This document shows, piece after piece, positions 10,134 to 20,041 of a DNA stretch of 64,000 bases (its first letter is position 1; every line of letters begins with the position of its first letter). The notes beneath the pieces were generated by a model. The model saw only the letters and a program-made list of their open reading frames with translations. It was not told where the DNA came from and ran no database searches. The position numbers were made by a program, and so were the translations under genes. Source of the stretch: Nitrosopumilus sp. (lineage in GTDB: Archaea; Thermoproteota; Nitrososphaeria; Nitrososphaerales; Nitrosopumilaceae); contig CBDBLX010000002.1 in NCBI GenBank assembly GCA_965207445.1, positions 672,001-736,000 on the forward strand, written 5' to 3'.

Positions 10134-11144
10134 CTACACGCTTCTTTTTACAACAAATCCTAATAGGGATTCTATCTCTTTTTTTGTATTACTTGTGTAA
10201 GAGTTGATCCTCTTGTCTGCTTTGTTTGCGTATGTACATGCTATCTCTCTGACCTTGGTCTCTATTCCAAGCAATCGTATGGATTCTACTGCTTTGTTTA
10301 ATTTGGATTTAGAGCTTTTATGATTACCAAACACATCCAAAATATTCTTGTAATGTATAGTATCCTGAGCCGCATCTATTGCCATCAAGATTGGAAGCGA
10401 CTTTTTACCTTCTCTAATGTCGTTTCCAACAGGCTTTTTTGTAACTGTGGGATCACCCATCACACCTATCAAGTCATCTGTTATCTGAAATGCAATGCCC
10501 AAGTTTAACCCAAAGTTTGAGAGGTTTGAAATATCATTTGGTTTACCATTGGCACAAATTGCACCCATTGCGCAAGAGACATCAAATAGTGCTGCTGTCT
10601 TTTTTCTTATCATTGTAATGTATTGATTTCGAGTTGGTATGCTATCTGATTCTGCCATTTTAATATCGAGCATCTGTCCCTCACATACCTCTACACATGC
10701 AGACGCAAGTCTTGATACCATGTTTTGCACTGCGTCTGCTTGATGCTTTGTCTTTACTAGTGTCTGGTATGCTTTTGAAAACAATATGTCGCCTGCAAGT
10801 ATTGCTACTGGCTCACCGAATTTTTTGTGAACTGTTGTCACACCATGTCGCATATCATCATTGTCCATTATGTCATCATGTACTAGAGTAAAGTTGTGTA
10901 CCATCTCTATTGCAGATGCTGCCCATTTTGCATCTGTTGTTTTACCCCCTAACATTTGACAGCTCTTTATGACCATGTATGGTCTCAACCTTTTCCCTCC
11001 ATTTACAATCAAATGTCTTGCGGCCTCGTACAGGCCGTCTGGCTCTCCTTTGAGGTTTTGTATCAAATGCTTGTTTACTATATCTGATGTCTTTTTCATA
11101 CTATCCTTGTTTGCTGTGGCATTCATTTTACCAATAACCTCCAT
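10134..11144 (-). CDS. Geranylgeranyl diphosphate synthase (polyprenyl synthetase)
   Basis: GGKRLRP, HDDIMD and DDLIG aspartate-rich motifs. Confidence 0.92.
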   Translation of the reverse strand: MEVIGKMNATANKDSMKKTSDIVNKHLIQNLKGEPDGLYEAARHLIVNGGKRLRPYMVIKSCQMLGGKTTDAKWAASAIEMVHNFTLVHDDIMDNDDMRHGVTTVHKKFGEPVAILAGDILFSKAYQTLVKTKHQADAVQNMVSRLASACVEVCEGQMLDIKMAESDSIPTRNQYITMIRKKTAALFDVSCAMGAICANGKPNDISNLSNFGLNLGIAFQITDDLIGVMGDPTVTKKPVGNDIREGKKSLPILMAIDAAQDTIHYKNILDVFGNHKSSKSKLNKAVESIRLLGIETKVREIACTYANKADKRINSYTSNTKKEIESLLGFVVKRSV

Positions 11145-11815
11145 GCACTAGTTGGCATGTGTTTTAATATTGATTCGTATAATATGTTTTTTACATCTTG
11201 TGTTATCCACGGCTTTAGAATATCTTGATAATTTTTGAGTGTTGCAGTATCTGATCTGTCAATAAAATATAGTGCTGCTAACATCCATGGGCAGTACTGT
11301 GATGGCTTTTCTTTGATGTCTTGTACAAGCGTTTTGGTTGAAACTGTCTTGATGTCTTCTATCTCATCTTTAATGTATGCTAGATTTGATATGTTCTGAA
11401 TGGTTCCAATCAATGTGGCACATATCTCGTTTTCAGAACCAATGTCTTTGTACTGTATGTGATACTCAAATTTATGCAGATACTCGAATCTTGCTTGCAC
11501 TCCAAGCTCTTCAGGCATCCTTCTCTCACATGATGATACATATGTCTCTGATTCTCGTGGATGGCTTGCAAATGTGCCGTCCCAGTATTTGGGCCACAAC
11601 ATTTTTTGACTTGCACGTTTTGCCAATATCAAATTATGGGTGTCCTCTTCAAACAACAAGGCGGTAAATGCTCTGTGTAGTTTACCCTCTGGCATATGAC
11701 ATCTCACTTTCTCTTCTCTACCGATGGGATTGTCATTTTCATCTACTAAAATCACAAATTCTTGATGTCTGTCTATTTTTTCATCTTTGAGTGTTTTTGC
11801 GTCAGTTGACATCAT
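11123..11815 (-). CDS. idi: Isopentenyl-diphosphate isomerase type 1 (Nudix fold)
   Basis: LHRAFT, SHP, EELG, ENEIC motifs; located in the isoprenoid cluster. Confidence 0.88.
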   Translation of the reverse strand: MMSTDAKTLKDEKIDRHQEFVILVDENDNPIGREEKVRCHMPEGKLHRAFTALLFEEDTHNLILAKRASQKMLWPKYWDGTFASHPRESETYVSSCERRMPEELGVQARFEYLHKFEYHIQYKDIGSENEICATLIGTIQNISNLAYIKDEIEDIKTVSTKTLVQDIKEKPSQYCPWMLAALYFIDRSDTATLKNYQDILKPWITQDVKNILYESILKHMPTSAWRLLVK

Positions 11816-11835
11816 TATCCATGGCCCCTACTTTG

Positions 11836-12684
11836 TTATGTTGAATTGTTTTTCTCTTTTAAGTTACACGCCTCAAATAACGTTCCTTTGAATCTATTGT
11901 TTGTTGCAGTTGTGTATGTTGTAGATGTGGCTGCATCTTGTATTCTCTTTGGATAATTACCATTTACAAATGCTACTGATGTGCCATATTTTGTTATAGA
12001 CTTGGCCTCATTAACCTTGCGTGTCATTCCACCTGTTACGTCCATGACATTAGTTTTCATGTTTTTAGTGTGACTTTTGGTAACGTTTTTTGTAGCTGGT
12101 ATATGCTTGATCAATTTCTTTGACTCTAAATCAATATACAGTCCATCTTCACTGAGCACAAATATACACAGTCTTGGTTTTAGTATGTGTGCCAAATGAG
12201 TCATAATTTTATCACCTGACAATATGTATGTCTTGTAACTATTGTCTTCTTTTTTGTTATTGTTATTGTTGCCATACCACATAGCATCGCCATATGTGAT
12301 GGGTGTCATATCTGATAATGTAGCTATATTATTCATTTCTAATATTTTTGAGGGTATGGGTTTGTTTCCTGACATGAATCCTGCTGGCGCCACTGTGTAT
12401 GGCCTCATTCCTCCTTTGAGTAGTTGTTCTAGTATTATCGTGTTGAGTTGTATCATGGATTCTTTTACTATTGCAACTCCTTTTGTGTCATAGTTGTGTG
12501 CTTTGGTATGCATGTCGTATTTTACTGACCAATAATGTCCAAAAGAGCCTCCCCCATGAACTATTATGACTGGCTCTGTTATCTTTGTAATTGACCTTGC
12601 CATTTTGAGAATTGATTGTCTTGATGCGCAAAGCGGTTTTGATTTATCTGTTATTACAGAGCCTCCGAGCTTTATTAGAATCAT
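11836..12684 (-). CDS. Isopentenyl phosphate kinase
   Basis: IKLGGSVIT, VHGGGSFGH, DVTGGM motifs. Confidence 0.9.
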   Translation of the reverse strand: MILIKLGGSVITDKSKPLCASRQSILKMARSITKITEPVIIVHGGGSFGHYWSVKYDMHTKAHNYDTKGVAIVKESMIQLNTIILEQLLKGGMRPYTVAPAGFMSGNKPIPSKILEMNNIATLSDMTPITYGDAMWYGNNNNNKKEDNSYKTYILSGDKIMTHLAHILKPRLCIFVLSEDGLYIDLESKKLIKHIPATKNVTKSHTKNMKTNVMDVTGGMTRKVNEAKSITKYGTSVAFVNGNYPKRIQDAATSTTYTTATNNRFKGTLFEACNLKEKNNST

Positions 12685-12709
12685 GATATGATTTACACAA
12701 TATGATAGA

Positions 12710-13939
12710 TTAAAAGGTATTCAGTCCTGTCTTGTCTATATCGGCGACAAAACATTCGTAACCTTTTTCAGATATGTGTCTGAGAGCTTTTAGTTGAGAT
12801 CGTGTATCGGTTTGTGTGAATGATGGTTCGGATGACTGTGATTGTGTAGATGCTTGTGATTGTGTAGATAATGATGCTTGTGATTGTGTAGATAATGATG
12901 CTTGTGATTGTGTAGATAATGATGCTTGTGATTGTGTAGATAATGATGCTTGTGATAGTGATATATCAACATCTGTCTTTGATGATTCTGTATCTGTGAA
13001 TCCTATAATGCAACCACCTCCTCCTGCACCTGTAATTTTTGCACCATACGTATGCAAGTTTACAAAATTTACTATCTGATCTAATGTTTGATTTGAGACA
13101 TTTATCGTTTTTAGATATTCTTGATTAAGTGATGCCAACTGTCCCAATTTTGACGCTTTTGTACTTTGGACGTTTCCTCTATCTTTTGAGTTTCGTAGAA
13201 TATCTAAAACTGTTGATACGAGTTGTGTCTCTTTGTTGTATAATTCTCTGAACATTGATGGGTTTTCGTTTTTGAATTTTGCAACTTGGTTTACTATTGT
13301 TTTTGTATTGTGTGGAATTTTAGAGTTTATTATGACTAGTCCAAATTTTGGATCTCTATTTATTTTGATCTTTTCATATCCAGTCTTTGTGTTATATGTG
13401 ATTAAACCTCCTAGAGCCGATATTGCAGTGTCTGCACCTGATACATTTGGGAACACTGTTCTTTCTGCATCTATTGCCATGTTTATTATGTTGCTTATTT
13501 GATATGTATCCTTGTCTCCTAAAACCTTGAGTACTGCTGCTGTACCTGCAACACAACATGCTGATGATGATCCCAGTCCTGCGCCTGGTGGTATGTCTGA
13601 TCTGATTTGTAACGTGACGCCGCTATCTGATTTTGTTATTTTTCTAGTTTCTTTTATGATGTAATACAAAGGTCTCAATGTTGGATTTACATCCATGATA
13701 TCGTGCTTGCACGAATCGTATTTGAGATTGCCCAACTCTGATTGTATCTGTATATCTGATGATCTCATCGCAGTTACGTGCACATGTCTATTTATTGCAC
13801 ATAATATGGCATTTGCACCATGTACTACAAAATGCTCCCCAAACAGTATGACCTTTCCTGGTGCTGATGTAGTTATCTTGTCACTTTTATGGTGCTGTTT
13901 GTTTGCATTAAATGCGATATTGTCATTTGTATTTGACAT
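12710..13939 (-). CDS. mvk: Mevalonate kinase
   Basis: APGKVILFGEH, PPGAGLGSSSA, KITGAGGGG GHMP motifs. Confidence 0.95.
   Translation of the reverse strand: MSNTNDNIAFNANKQHHKSDKITTSAPGKVILFGEHFVVHGANAILCAINRHVHVTAMRSSDIQIQSELGNLKYDSCKHDIMDVNPTLRPLYYIIKETRKITKSDSGVTLQIRSDIPPGAGLGSSSACCVAGTAAVLKVLGDKDTYQISNIINMAIDAERTVFPNVSGADTAISALGGLITYNTKTGYEKIKINRDPKFGLVIINSKIPHNTKTIVNQVAKFKNENPSMFRELYNKETQLVSTVLDILRNSKDRGNVQSTKASKLGQLASLNQEYLKTINVSNQTLDQIVNFVNLHTYGAKITGAGGGGCIIGFTDTESSKTDVDISLSQASLSTQSQASLSTQSQASLSTQSQASLSTQSQASTQSQSSEPSFTQTDTRSQLKALRHISEKGYECFVADIDKTGLNTF
12849..12956. repeat. Coding VNTR: 24-bp unit x4.5 within mvk (encodes SQASLSTQ repeats)
   Basis: GATGCTTGTGATTGTGTAGATAAT repeated perfectly four times plus a half unit. 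Confidence 0.95.
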
Positions 13940-14294
13940 GTATTAACGGTGACGTGTGGTATTATTGATGTTGTTGTTAATGATGATAATGATGTTGATG
14001 ATGATAATGTTGTTGTTGATGATGATGTTTACATGAGATTGTGAAAATCAAGAGTCAAAACATCAATACATCATGGCCACTTTTTAAACGACTTTGTGAT
14101 AATCACATCACTAACAAGATTTGGTACAATCTACGTCTAGATAACCTGATTTTGTACTATTATGCGCACTGGCATCTTTTCTAAGACAATTGTCACGTTG
14201 TTTGTTTTTCACATATTATCCGCACAAACCAACATCAAAAAACACAAATGTACTCAAATATTCTTTAAAATTTATTCACAAATATCACATGTGA

Positions 14295-14990
14295 CTATTC
14301 AATCATATTATTTTCCCCTTCACTAATCTTGGTCTCAAAATCGTCTATCTCGTATTTTATTGTATCATTCTCACCTAATTCTCCACGCTCAATTAGGATC
14401 TGACGTACTAACAACCAGTATATGGTGGCAAGTGCTTTGCGACCTCTATTGTTTGCAGGTATTATCAAGTCGAGATCAGATGTAATGTTGTCTGTATTTG
14501 AGATTCCGATTACTGGGATTCCTGCATTTTTGGCCTCTGTTACTGCTTGTTCGTCCATCTGCGGATCTGAGACTAACACGAGTTTTGGCTCAATATAATA
14601 TGGAAGCGAAGGGTTTGTCAGCGTTCCTGGCATGAATCGTCCTGTCAACATCTTTGCATTTAGCATCTCACAGAACTTTTCAATCGGTGTTGATGCATAT
14701 TGCCTTCCCGAGCATACTATGAGGTTTTCAGTACCTAGTCTATTGATGAATTTGGCGGCAACCTTGACTCTTTGAAGAGTTATTTCTAAATCAAGCATGT
14801 ACAGTCCATCTGTGCTGGCCTTTGTGATGAAATTTTTCATAAATTTTGTCTTTACTTGCGTTCCGACCCTTATCCCTGTCACTAGAATCTTTTTTTGTAT
14901 ATCTGTTGTTGCATCTGTTTGGGGGGAGAGGTCATCTACTTGTGTTGTTGAGATTTCTGTATCTACTGAATCTGATTGTTGGCCGCTCAT
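14295..14990 (-). CDS. rps2: 30S ribosomal protein S2 (uS2)
   Basis: GRFMPGTLTN, IPANNRGRKAL. Confidence 0.95.
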   Translation of the reverse strand: MSGQQSDSVDTEISTTQVDDLSPQTDATTDIQKKILVTGIRVGTQVKTKFMKNFITKASTDGLYMLDLEITLQRVKVAAKFINRLGTENLIVCSGRQYASTPIEKFCEMLNAKMLTGRFMPGTLTNPSLPYYIEPKLVLVSDPQMDEQAVTEAKNAGIPVIGISNTDNITSDLDLIIPANNRGRKALATIYWLLVRQILIERGELGENDTIKYEIDDFETKISEGENNMIE

Positions 14991-14995
14991 ATTCT

Positions 14996-16324
14996 CTACA
15001 ACTCTGCCATGCCTTGTATTAAATCATGCTGCATTACATTATGACTGTGATTCTCTTCAATATGACTATTGTCATTGGCATTCATCTGATCAAGTCTTAA
15101 CAACTCATTGATCTTCGATACTCTCTCGCCACCGACCACACCTACCTTGAGCATCTTGGAGCCTGTGGCTATTCCTATGTGCGATATGTGTGAATCAACA
15201 GACTCACCAGATCTGTGAGATGTAATGAGTTTAACATCATTTTGTGTTGCCACTGTGGCAAACTCAAGTGCATCATACAATCCACCTGCTTGGTTTACCT
15301 TTAGTATGGCCCCGTTGCATGACTCAGTCTCTATTGCTTTTCTTAATATGCTTGCATTTGTGACTGTGAGGTCATCACCTGTAATTAACACCTGTGAGAA
15401 TCGTTCTCTGAGTTGAGCCATTTCATCAAATGCTTCCTCATGTACTGCATCCTCTACATATATGAGCTTGTATCTTGTTATCAAATCTGACACAAATTCT
15501 AACTGCTCACCATGATCATTTTCAAAACCTGCTCTGTTGTATATGTACTTTGATCTTTTCTTGTCCCATTGAGTTGATGATGCAAAGTCTACGCCAAGTG
15601 AGACCTCTCTGCCTAGTGTAAATCCAAGATTCTCACATGTTTTGGCAGCTACTTGCAATGCTCCCTCATTATCCATTTTGGGCGCCCATCCGCCCTCATC
15701 TCCCTTACCACCTGAAAAGCTTGCATCCTGTGATTCCAAGACACGACGCAACTCTGTATGAATTTTTAAATTTATTCTTGTTGCGTCTTGTATGGTCTTT
15801 GCACCTGTGGCGCAGATTAGTATCTCTTGTATGTCTGGTGTTCCTGGACCCGCATGCGCACCTCCACCCAATATATTACCTAATGGGAATGGGAATCTGT
15901 ACTGTTTTGATCCCCATGTTGTTGTAGTGTTATTTACCAACTGCTCACGTAAAAATTTGTAAAGTGGTTGTCTGTTGTATTTGGCCGCTGCTTCGGCTGC
16001 TGATATACTTAGTGCAAATGCCAAACTACCGCCAATTTTGGGGTAGCCTGGTTCTGGATCTATATCCTTGATTACATTGTGTATTGTTAGTATGTTCGTT
16101 GGGTCGATACCCAGTATCTTTTCTTTATTTTTTTCTAGTATATTGATACTATCTGTTACTCCACCTTTGGGAAAACTTGTCGCTTCATGCACTCCTACAC
16201 TTGCGCCAGACGGCGCTGATACTCTACCTACATGTATGTTATCTACTATTACATCGACTTCTATGGTTTGACTGCCTCTACTGTTGTATGTGAGACGCCC
16301 TGTCACTGATGTTATACTTGGCAT
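14996..16324 (-). CDS. eno: Enolase
   Basis: NSRG, APSGAS, GDEGG, KVNQ, SHRSGE. Confidence 0.95.
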   Translation of the reverse strand: MPSITSVTGRLTYNSRGSQTIEVDVIVDNIHVGRVSAPSGASVGVHEATSFPKGGVTDSINILEKNKEKILGIDPTNILTIHNVIKDIDPEPGYPKIGGSLAFALSISAAEAAAKYNRQPLYKFLREQLVNNTTTTWGSKQYRFPFPLGNILGGGAHAGPGTPDIQEILICATGAKTIQDATRINLKIHTELRRVLESQDASFSGGKGDEGGWAPKMDNEGALQVAAKTCENLGFTLGREVSLGVDFASSTQWDKKRSKYIYNRAGFENDHGEQLEFVSDLITRYKLIYVEDAVHEEAFDEMAQLRERFSQVLITGDDLTVTNASILRKAIETESCNGAILKVNQAGGLYDALEFATVATQNDVKLITSHRSGESVDSHISHIGIATGSKMLKVGVVGGERVSKINELLRLDQMNANDNSHIEENHSHNVMQHDLIQGMAEL

Positions 16325-16566
16325 TACTCTATCTCATTTTGAATCTCTATCTTTCGTCTTTGCATTTCCTCATAGAATGGAATTACTTGCTGAATTGTCT
16401 CTACTGTTGTAAGTAGGATTATTCTGCAACAATATCTCTCAACACCCAGTTCATCTAGTATCTCCTCTGGACTCTTGCCAGTTTCTTGCTCTATTTTATT
16501 TTGATATTCTCCAAATTTGTCTGCCACTAACATGCCGCATGTAAAGCACCTGACAGGGACAAGCAT
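16324..16566 (-). CDS. rpoN: DNA-directed RNA polymerase subunit N (Rpo10)
   Basis: MLVPVRCFTCG...RYCCR; start corrected to ATG 16566. Confidence 0.93.
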   Translation of the reverse strand: MLVPVRCFTCGMLVADKFGEYQNKIEQETGKSPEEILDELGVERYCCRIILLTTVETIQQVIPFYEEMQRRKIEIQNEIE

Positions 16567-16614
16567 GATTGAGCAATAATCAAGGATTATAAAAACCATA
16601 CACGAATTTTGTTT

Positions 16615-16702
16615 GCGGGCGTTGCCCAGCCTGGCCAAAGGCGCTAGCTTGAGGGGCTAGTCTCTGAGGAGTTCGTGGGTTCAAATCCCATCGCCCGCAC
16701 CA
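16615..16702 (+). tRNA. tRNA-Leu(GAG)
   Basis: GCGGGCG/CGCCCGC acceptor, CTAGC-TTGAGGG-GCTAG anticodon arm, long variable arm, encoded CCA. Confidence 0.95.
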
Positions 16703-16898
16703 CACATTTTTTAGATTTGTCTTGCACCCACAAATATGGCACATTATACTCAGATCCCACCACCCCCTTCTATTTCAGATGCCTACACCATACATTTTTT
16801 ACAATCATTGATTTGTGTATGATATTTGATCTTATTTAGAACCGATTCTGTGTGTCTGAAAATATATGATTCATAAGGTCTTGTATTGAATTGAATTA

Positions 16899-17573
16899 AT
16901 GCGAGGGTGGATATTTGAGATACGATCTCGTTCGTTTGTACTATTTGCAGCCTCTTTTTTGATAATTACATTTCTAGTATATGGAGGTGCAACTGCATCC
17001 CTTGATGATGCTGTACAGTCTGTATTGTATGACAGTGTTGGAGATCCTACATTTGATGGCATAATGCAGTATGTCACTGAGACCGGTGACGTGTTTAACA
17101 TGATGATCTTTGGAATTATCATACTGTTGATTCCGCGCACAAGACGAGTTGGAATCACTCTAATGATACTGATTGTGATTACTACATTGCTTGCTGGTTA
17201 TGTGAAATGTGGGGTGGATAGACTCGGACCAGAATATGAGTTTGAAGGTGTGCCATTTCCGGTTAATATAAGCAGGGACACATTTGCGCTCTTTTGTGAG
17301 GGAAGCTTTGACTCTTCATATCCTGCCGGACACGCAGCGCGTGCTATGGTGTTTGGTATAATACTTGGCTATGCACTATCTGAGCGCTTTCCTAGAGGTG
17401 CATATCTAATGCTAGCATATCCTGCATTGATATCATTTAGTCGCATGTATGTTATGCAACACTATTTGATGGATGTAGTGGGTGGTATTATCATGGGTGC
17501 CATGCTAGCAGGTGTACTGGCACACCAGACCAAATTATACAAGATATTTGAAAAGACAAAAAGTAATGATTAA
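16899..17573 (+). CDS. PAP2-family membrane phosphatase
   Basis: SYPAGH and SRMYVMQHY..DV motifs. Confidence 0.85.
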   Translation: MRGWIFEIRSRSFVLFAASFLIITFLVYGGATASLDDAVQSVLYDSVGDPTFDGIMQYVTETGDVFNMMIFGIIILLIPRTRRVGITLMILIVITTLLAGYVKCGVDRLGPEYEFEGVPFPVNISRDTFALFCEGSFDSSYPAGHAARAMVFGIILGYALSERFPRGAYLMLAYPALISFSRMYVMQHYLMDVVGGIIMGAMLAGVLAHQTKLYKIFEKTKSND

Positions 17574-17761
17574 TACTTTGATTGGCATAATGAATGAAAG
17601 ATTTGTTGGATCTCACTGTTATCGTGTTTATTTGATATCTTTTAGTCTTGTTTGATTTATAGTGTGGATATGCAATATAATGCTAAACTATTGGTATTAA
17701 TTATTTAATTTTATTATTACACTTTATATTTTTAAACATTAAAAGATCATTTTATTTACCA

Positions 17762-18082
17762 CTAATCATCAAATCCTAACTCATTGAGTGACTTGTTGCT
17801 TATTAACACGATTGCATAATGATCATTGTCATGATGATACGTCCAATACTTGACATCTCTGTGCTCATTAATCTTCCGTAGTCCGTGTGTTACACCCGTA
17901 GTTACGACATATCCGATTCTTTTTGCTATCTTTTGTTCTCCTTTTGGCATTAAAATCCTGTATCCGCCTTTCTTGTCCTTGAATCCTAGTCTTACCATGT
18001 CTTCTGCGGCTTTGGTAGCACCGTCTTCATCTTTTAGGTCGTATGTTTTTAGTACTGGTATATTTTTTGGATGAAATTCCAT
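17762..18082 (-). CDS. Conserved hypothetical protein
   Basis: Likely start ATG 18082 (MEFHPKNIP); the upstream ORF extension lies in a tandem repeat. Confidence 0.75.
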   Translation of the reverse strand: MEFHPKNIPVLKTYDLKDEDGATKAAEDMVRLGFKDKKGGYRILMPKGEQKIAKRIGYVVTTGVTHGLRKINEHRDVKYWTYHHDNDHYAIVLISNKSLNELGFDD

Positions 18083-18159
18083 ATGATAATTTTTGTGTGG
18101 TGTTATAATAAGTCTGTAGCGTAATGATGTGCATAATGTTTTGTGTTGTGGTGTTTTGT

Positions 18160-18278
18160 ATGTGATATGTTGTTTTGTATGTGATATGTTGTTTTGCATA
18201 TGATTATACTAACATGTTGCGACTAAAAGCCACATGACTAGAACTCATATTAATAAAAGCCACATGACTAAAAGCCAC
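18160..18278. repeat. Short tandem and near-tandem duplications (19-bp unit; AAAAGCCACATGACTA copies)
   Basis: Read directly from sequence. Confidence 0.7.
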
Positions 18279-18282
18279 AAAA

Positions 18283-19278
18283 TTAGTCAACACAAAGTGA
18301 TTTTTTTAATGTATCAAATGCACCTTGTACCGTATGAACTTTTGATATTATGTTGTTTGTAATACCTGATTTTTTAAGCTCATCTGCTGTAAACGGGCCT
18401 ATTGCAACTATCATTACATGTGATAATTTGGCAAGCAGATCATCTATGCTGTAATCTTTTGACATTATCTCTAAAAATCCGCGCACTGATGATGCGCTAG
18501 TGAATACAATGCCATCTATCTTGTCTGTTGAAAAATCCTCTCGAAAGTCATTCCATTGTGTCAAATCTGTGTATGCACATACATCGTACAGGTGTATCTC
18601 TACTATCTCTAGTCCTATCTTTTCTAACAACTCTTTTAAAAATGGCGTAGATGCTCCACTTCGAGGTATAATTGCCTTGCGGCCTACTGCATTGAGTGAG
18701 GTGAACAGTTCACCTATGCCTACAGAAGAGTATGTTTTAGGTGGCATCTCGTTTACCTTTATTCCTTCACATTCAAGTGACTCTCGAGTCTTTGGACCTA
18801 CTGCTATTACTATCATGTTTGCTATTGCTAATTTCAGTTTGTCGTATGTGCTGTTTTTATTGATGTTACTATTGTCGTTACTATTGTAGTTACTATTATC
18901 GCTGTCACTATTACTGTAATTATCATTATCGTTTAGTTCTACTGTATTTTGATCATCATTATCATAATTGTGAGTATCTGCTTTTCGCTGTTTGTCATAA
19001 CTGTGTGCCATATCAAAGAGCAGTCTGACTGCTTTTGAGCTCATAAACACAACATAATCCGGCGACTCTGTTTTTATGGCTTTGAGAAACTCCTCTACAA
19101 TCTTTTGTCCCTTGCTAACAAGCTGTATGGTTGGTAGTGCGTGTGCCTTTGTCTTGTTTTTATGTGCAAGCTCCAAAAACTCTGCTGCATCATCTATAGA
19201 ACGTGTTATTGCAATTGTTTTTTGTTTATCTGTATTTTGAATATCTTTTGATTTGACACTTGTATCTGCAGTTATCAT
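18283..19278 (-). CDS. hemD: Uroporphyrinogen-III synthase with N/D/S-rich insertion
   Basis: IAITR, FMSSKAV, AVGPKT, FTSASSV, AIGPFT; in hem cluster. Confidence 0.9.
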   Translation of the reverse strand: MITADTSVKSKDIQNTDKQKTIAITRSIDDAAEFLELAHKNKTKAHALPTIQLVSKGQKIVEEFLKAIKTESPDYVVFMSSKAVRLLFDMAHSYDKQRKADTHNYDNDDQNTVELNDNDNYSNSDSDNSNYNSNDNSNINKNSTYDKLKLAIANMIVIAVGPKTRESLECEGIKVNEMPPKTYSSVGIGELFTSLNAVGRKAIIPRSGASTPFLKELLEKIGLEIVEIHLYDVCAYTDLTQWNDFREDFSTDKIDGIVFTSASSVRGFLEIMSKDYSIDDLLAKLSHVMIVAIGPFTADELKKSGITNNIISKVHTVQGAFDTLKKSLCVD

Positions 19279-19285
19279 CTTCTTC

Positions 19286-20041
19286 TTATCTCCATCCTAT
19301 AATACTGCTCATCTGAACCACTTTGCCTATTATGATGTTCGCAGGTGGTCTTATTTTCGCCTGCTTTGCCTTTGATGCTATATTTGATAAATTCCCTATT
19401 GTAGTTTTATGCTTTGAGGTGGTCCCATCCTGTATTACTGCAACTGGCATCTTTTCATCCATCCCACCTCTTATCAATTCGTTACATATGATCTCAATTC
19501 TTGATAGTCCCATCATTATAACAATTGTATCCACTGACTTTGCAAGCCGTCGCCATTTTACCACTTCTCTCTTTTTTTGCGGATCCTCATGTCCTGTCAC
19601 AAACACTACTGATGATGCATGTTCTCTATGTGTGAGTGGTATACCTGAATATGTGGCTGATCCTATGCCTGATGTAATACCTGGTACTAGTTCATATTTA
19701 ATATTGTTTTTTCTGAGAAATTCTGCCTCTTCTCCTCCTCTGCCAAATATTATAGGATCGCCGCCCTTTAGTCTGACAACTCTTTTTTTTGCCCTTGCAT
19801 ATTTGAGCATCATATCATTTGTCTCGTTTTGATGTGTTGTGGGATCTCCTACGGCTCTGCCCACATATGTTTTTTCAGTTGACTTTGGTATCATATTTAG
19901 AATTCCTCTACTCACAAGCCTATCATATAATACAATATCGGCTTTTTGTAACAATTCCACTGCACGTATGGTTATCAATTTTGGATCGCCGGGCCCTGCG
20001 CCTACCAAGTACACTATCCCTACTCTCACTTTTGATTCCAT
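19286..20041 (-). CDS. cobA: Uroporphyrinogen-III C-methyltransferase
   Basis: VYLVGAGPGDP, RLKGGDP..FGRGGEE. Confidence 0.93.
   Translation of the reverse strand: MESKVRVGIVYLVGAGPGDPKLITIRAVELLQKADIVLYDRLVSRGILNMIPKSTEKTYVGRAVGDPTTHQNETNDMMLKYARAKKRVVRLKGGDPIIFGRGGEEAEFLRKNNIKYELVPGITSGIGSATYSGIPLTHREHASSVVFVTGHEDPQKKREVVKWRRLAKSVDTIVIMMGLSRIEIICNELIRGGMDEKMPVAVIQDGTTSKHKTTIGNLSNIASKAKQAKIRPPANIIIGKVVQMSSIIGWR

Noticed and set aside
12790..13079. His-rich and Cys/Asp-rich ORFs
   Set aside because: Alternative frames of the 24-bp mvk VNTR.
16567..16638. Extended N-terminus of the rpoN ORF
   Set aside because: Overlaps tRNA-Leu on the opposite strand; Rpo10 starts at MLVPVRC.
18225..18278. 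Possible mini-CRISPR (AAAAGCCACATGACTA copies); likewise 28668-28738
   Set aside because: Units too short, spacers absent or irregular, no cas genes; simple slippage duplications.
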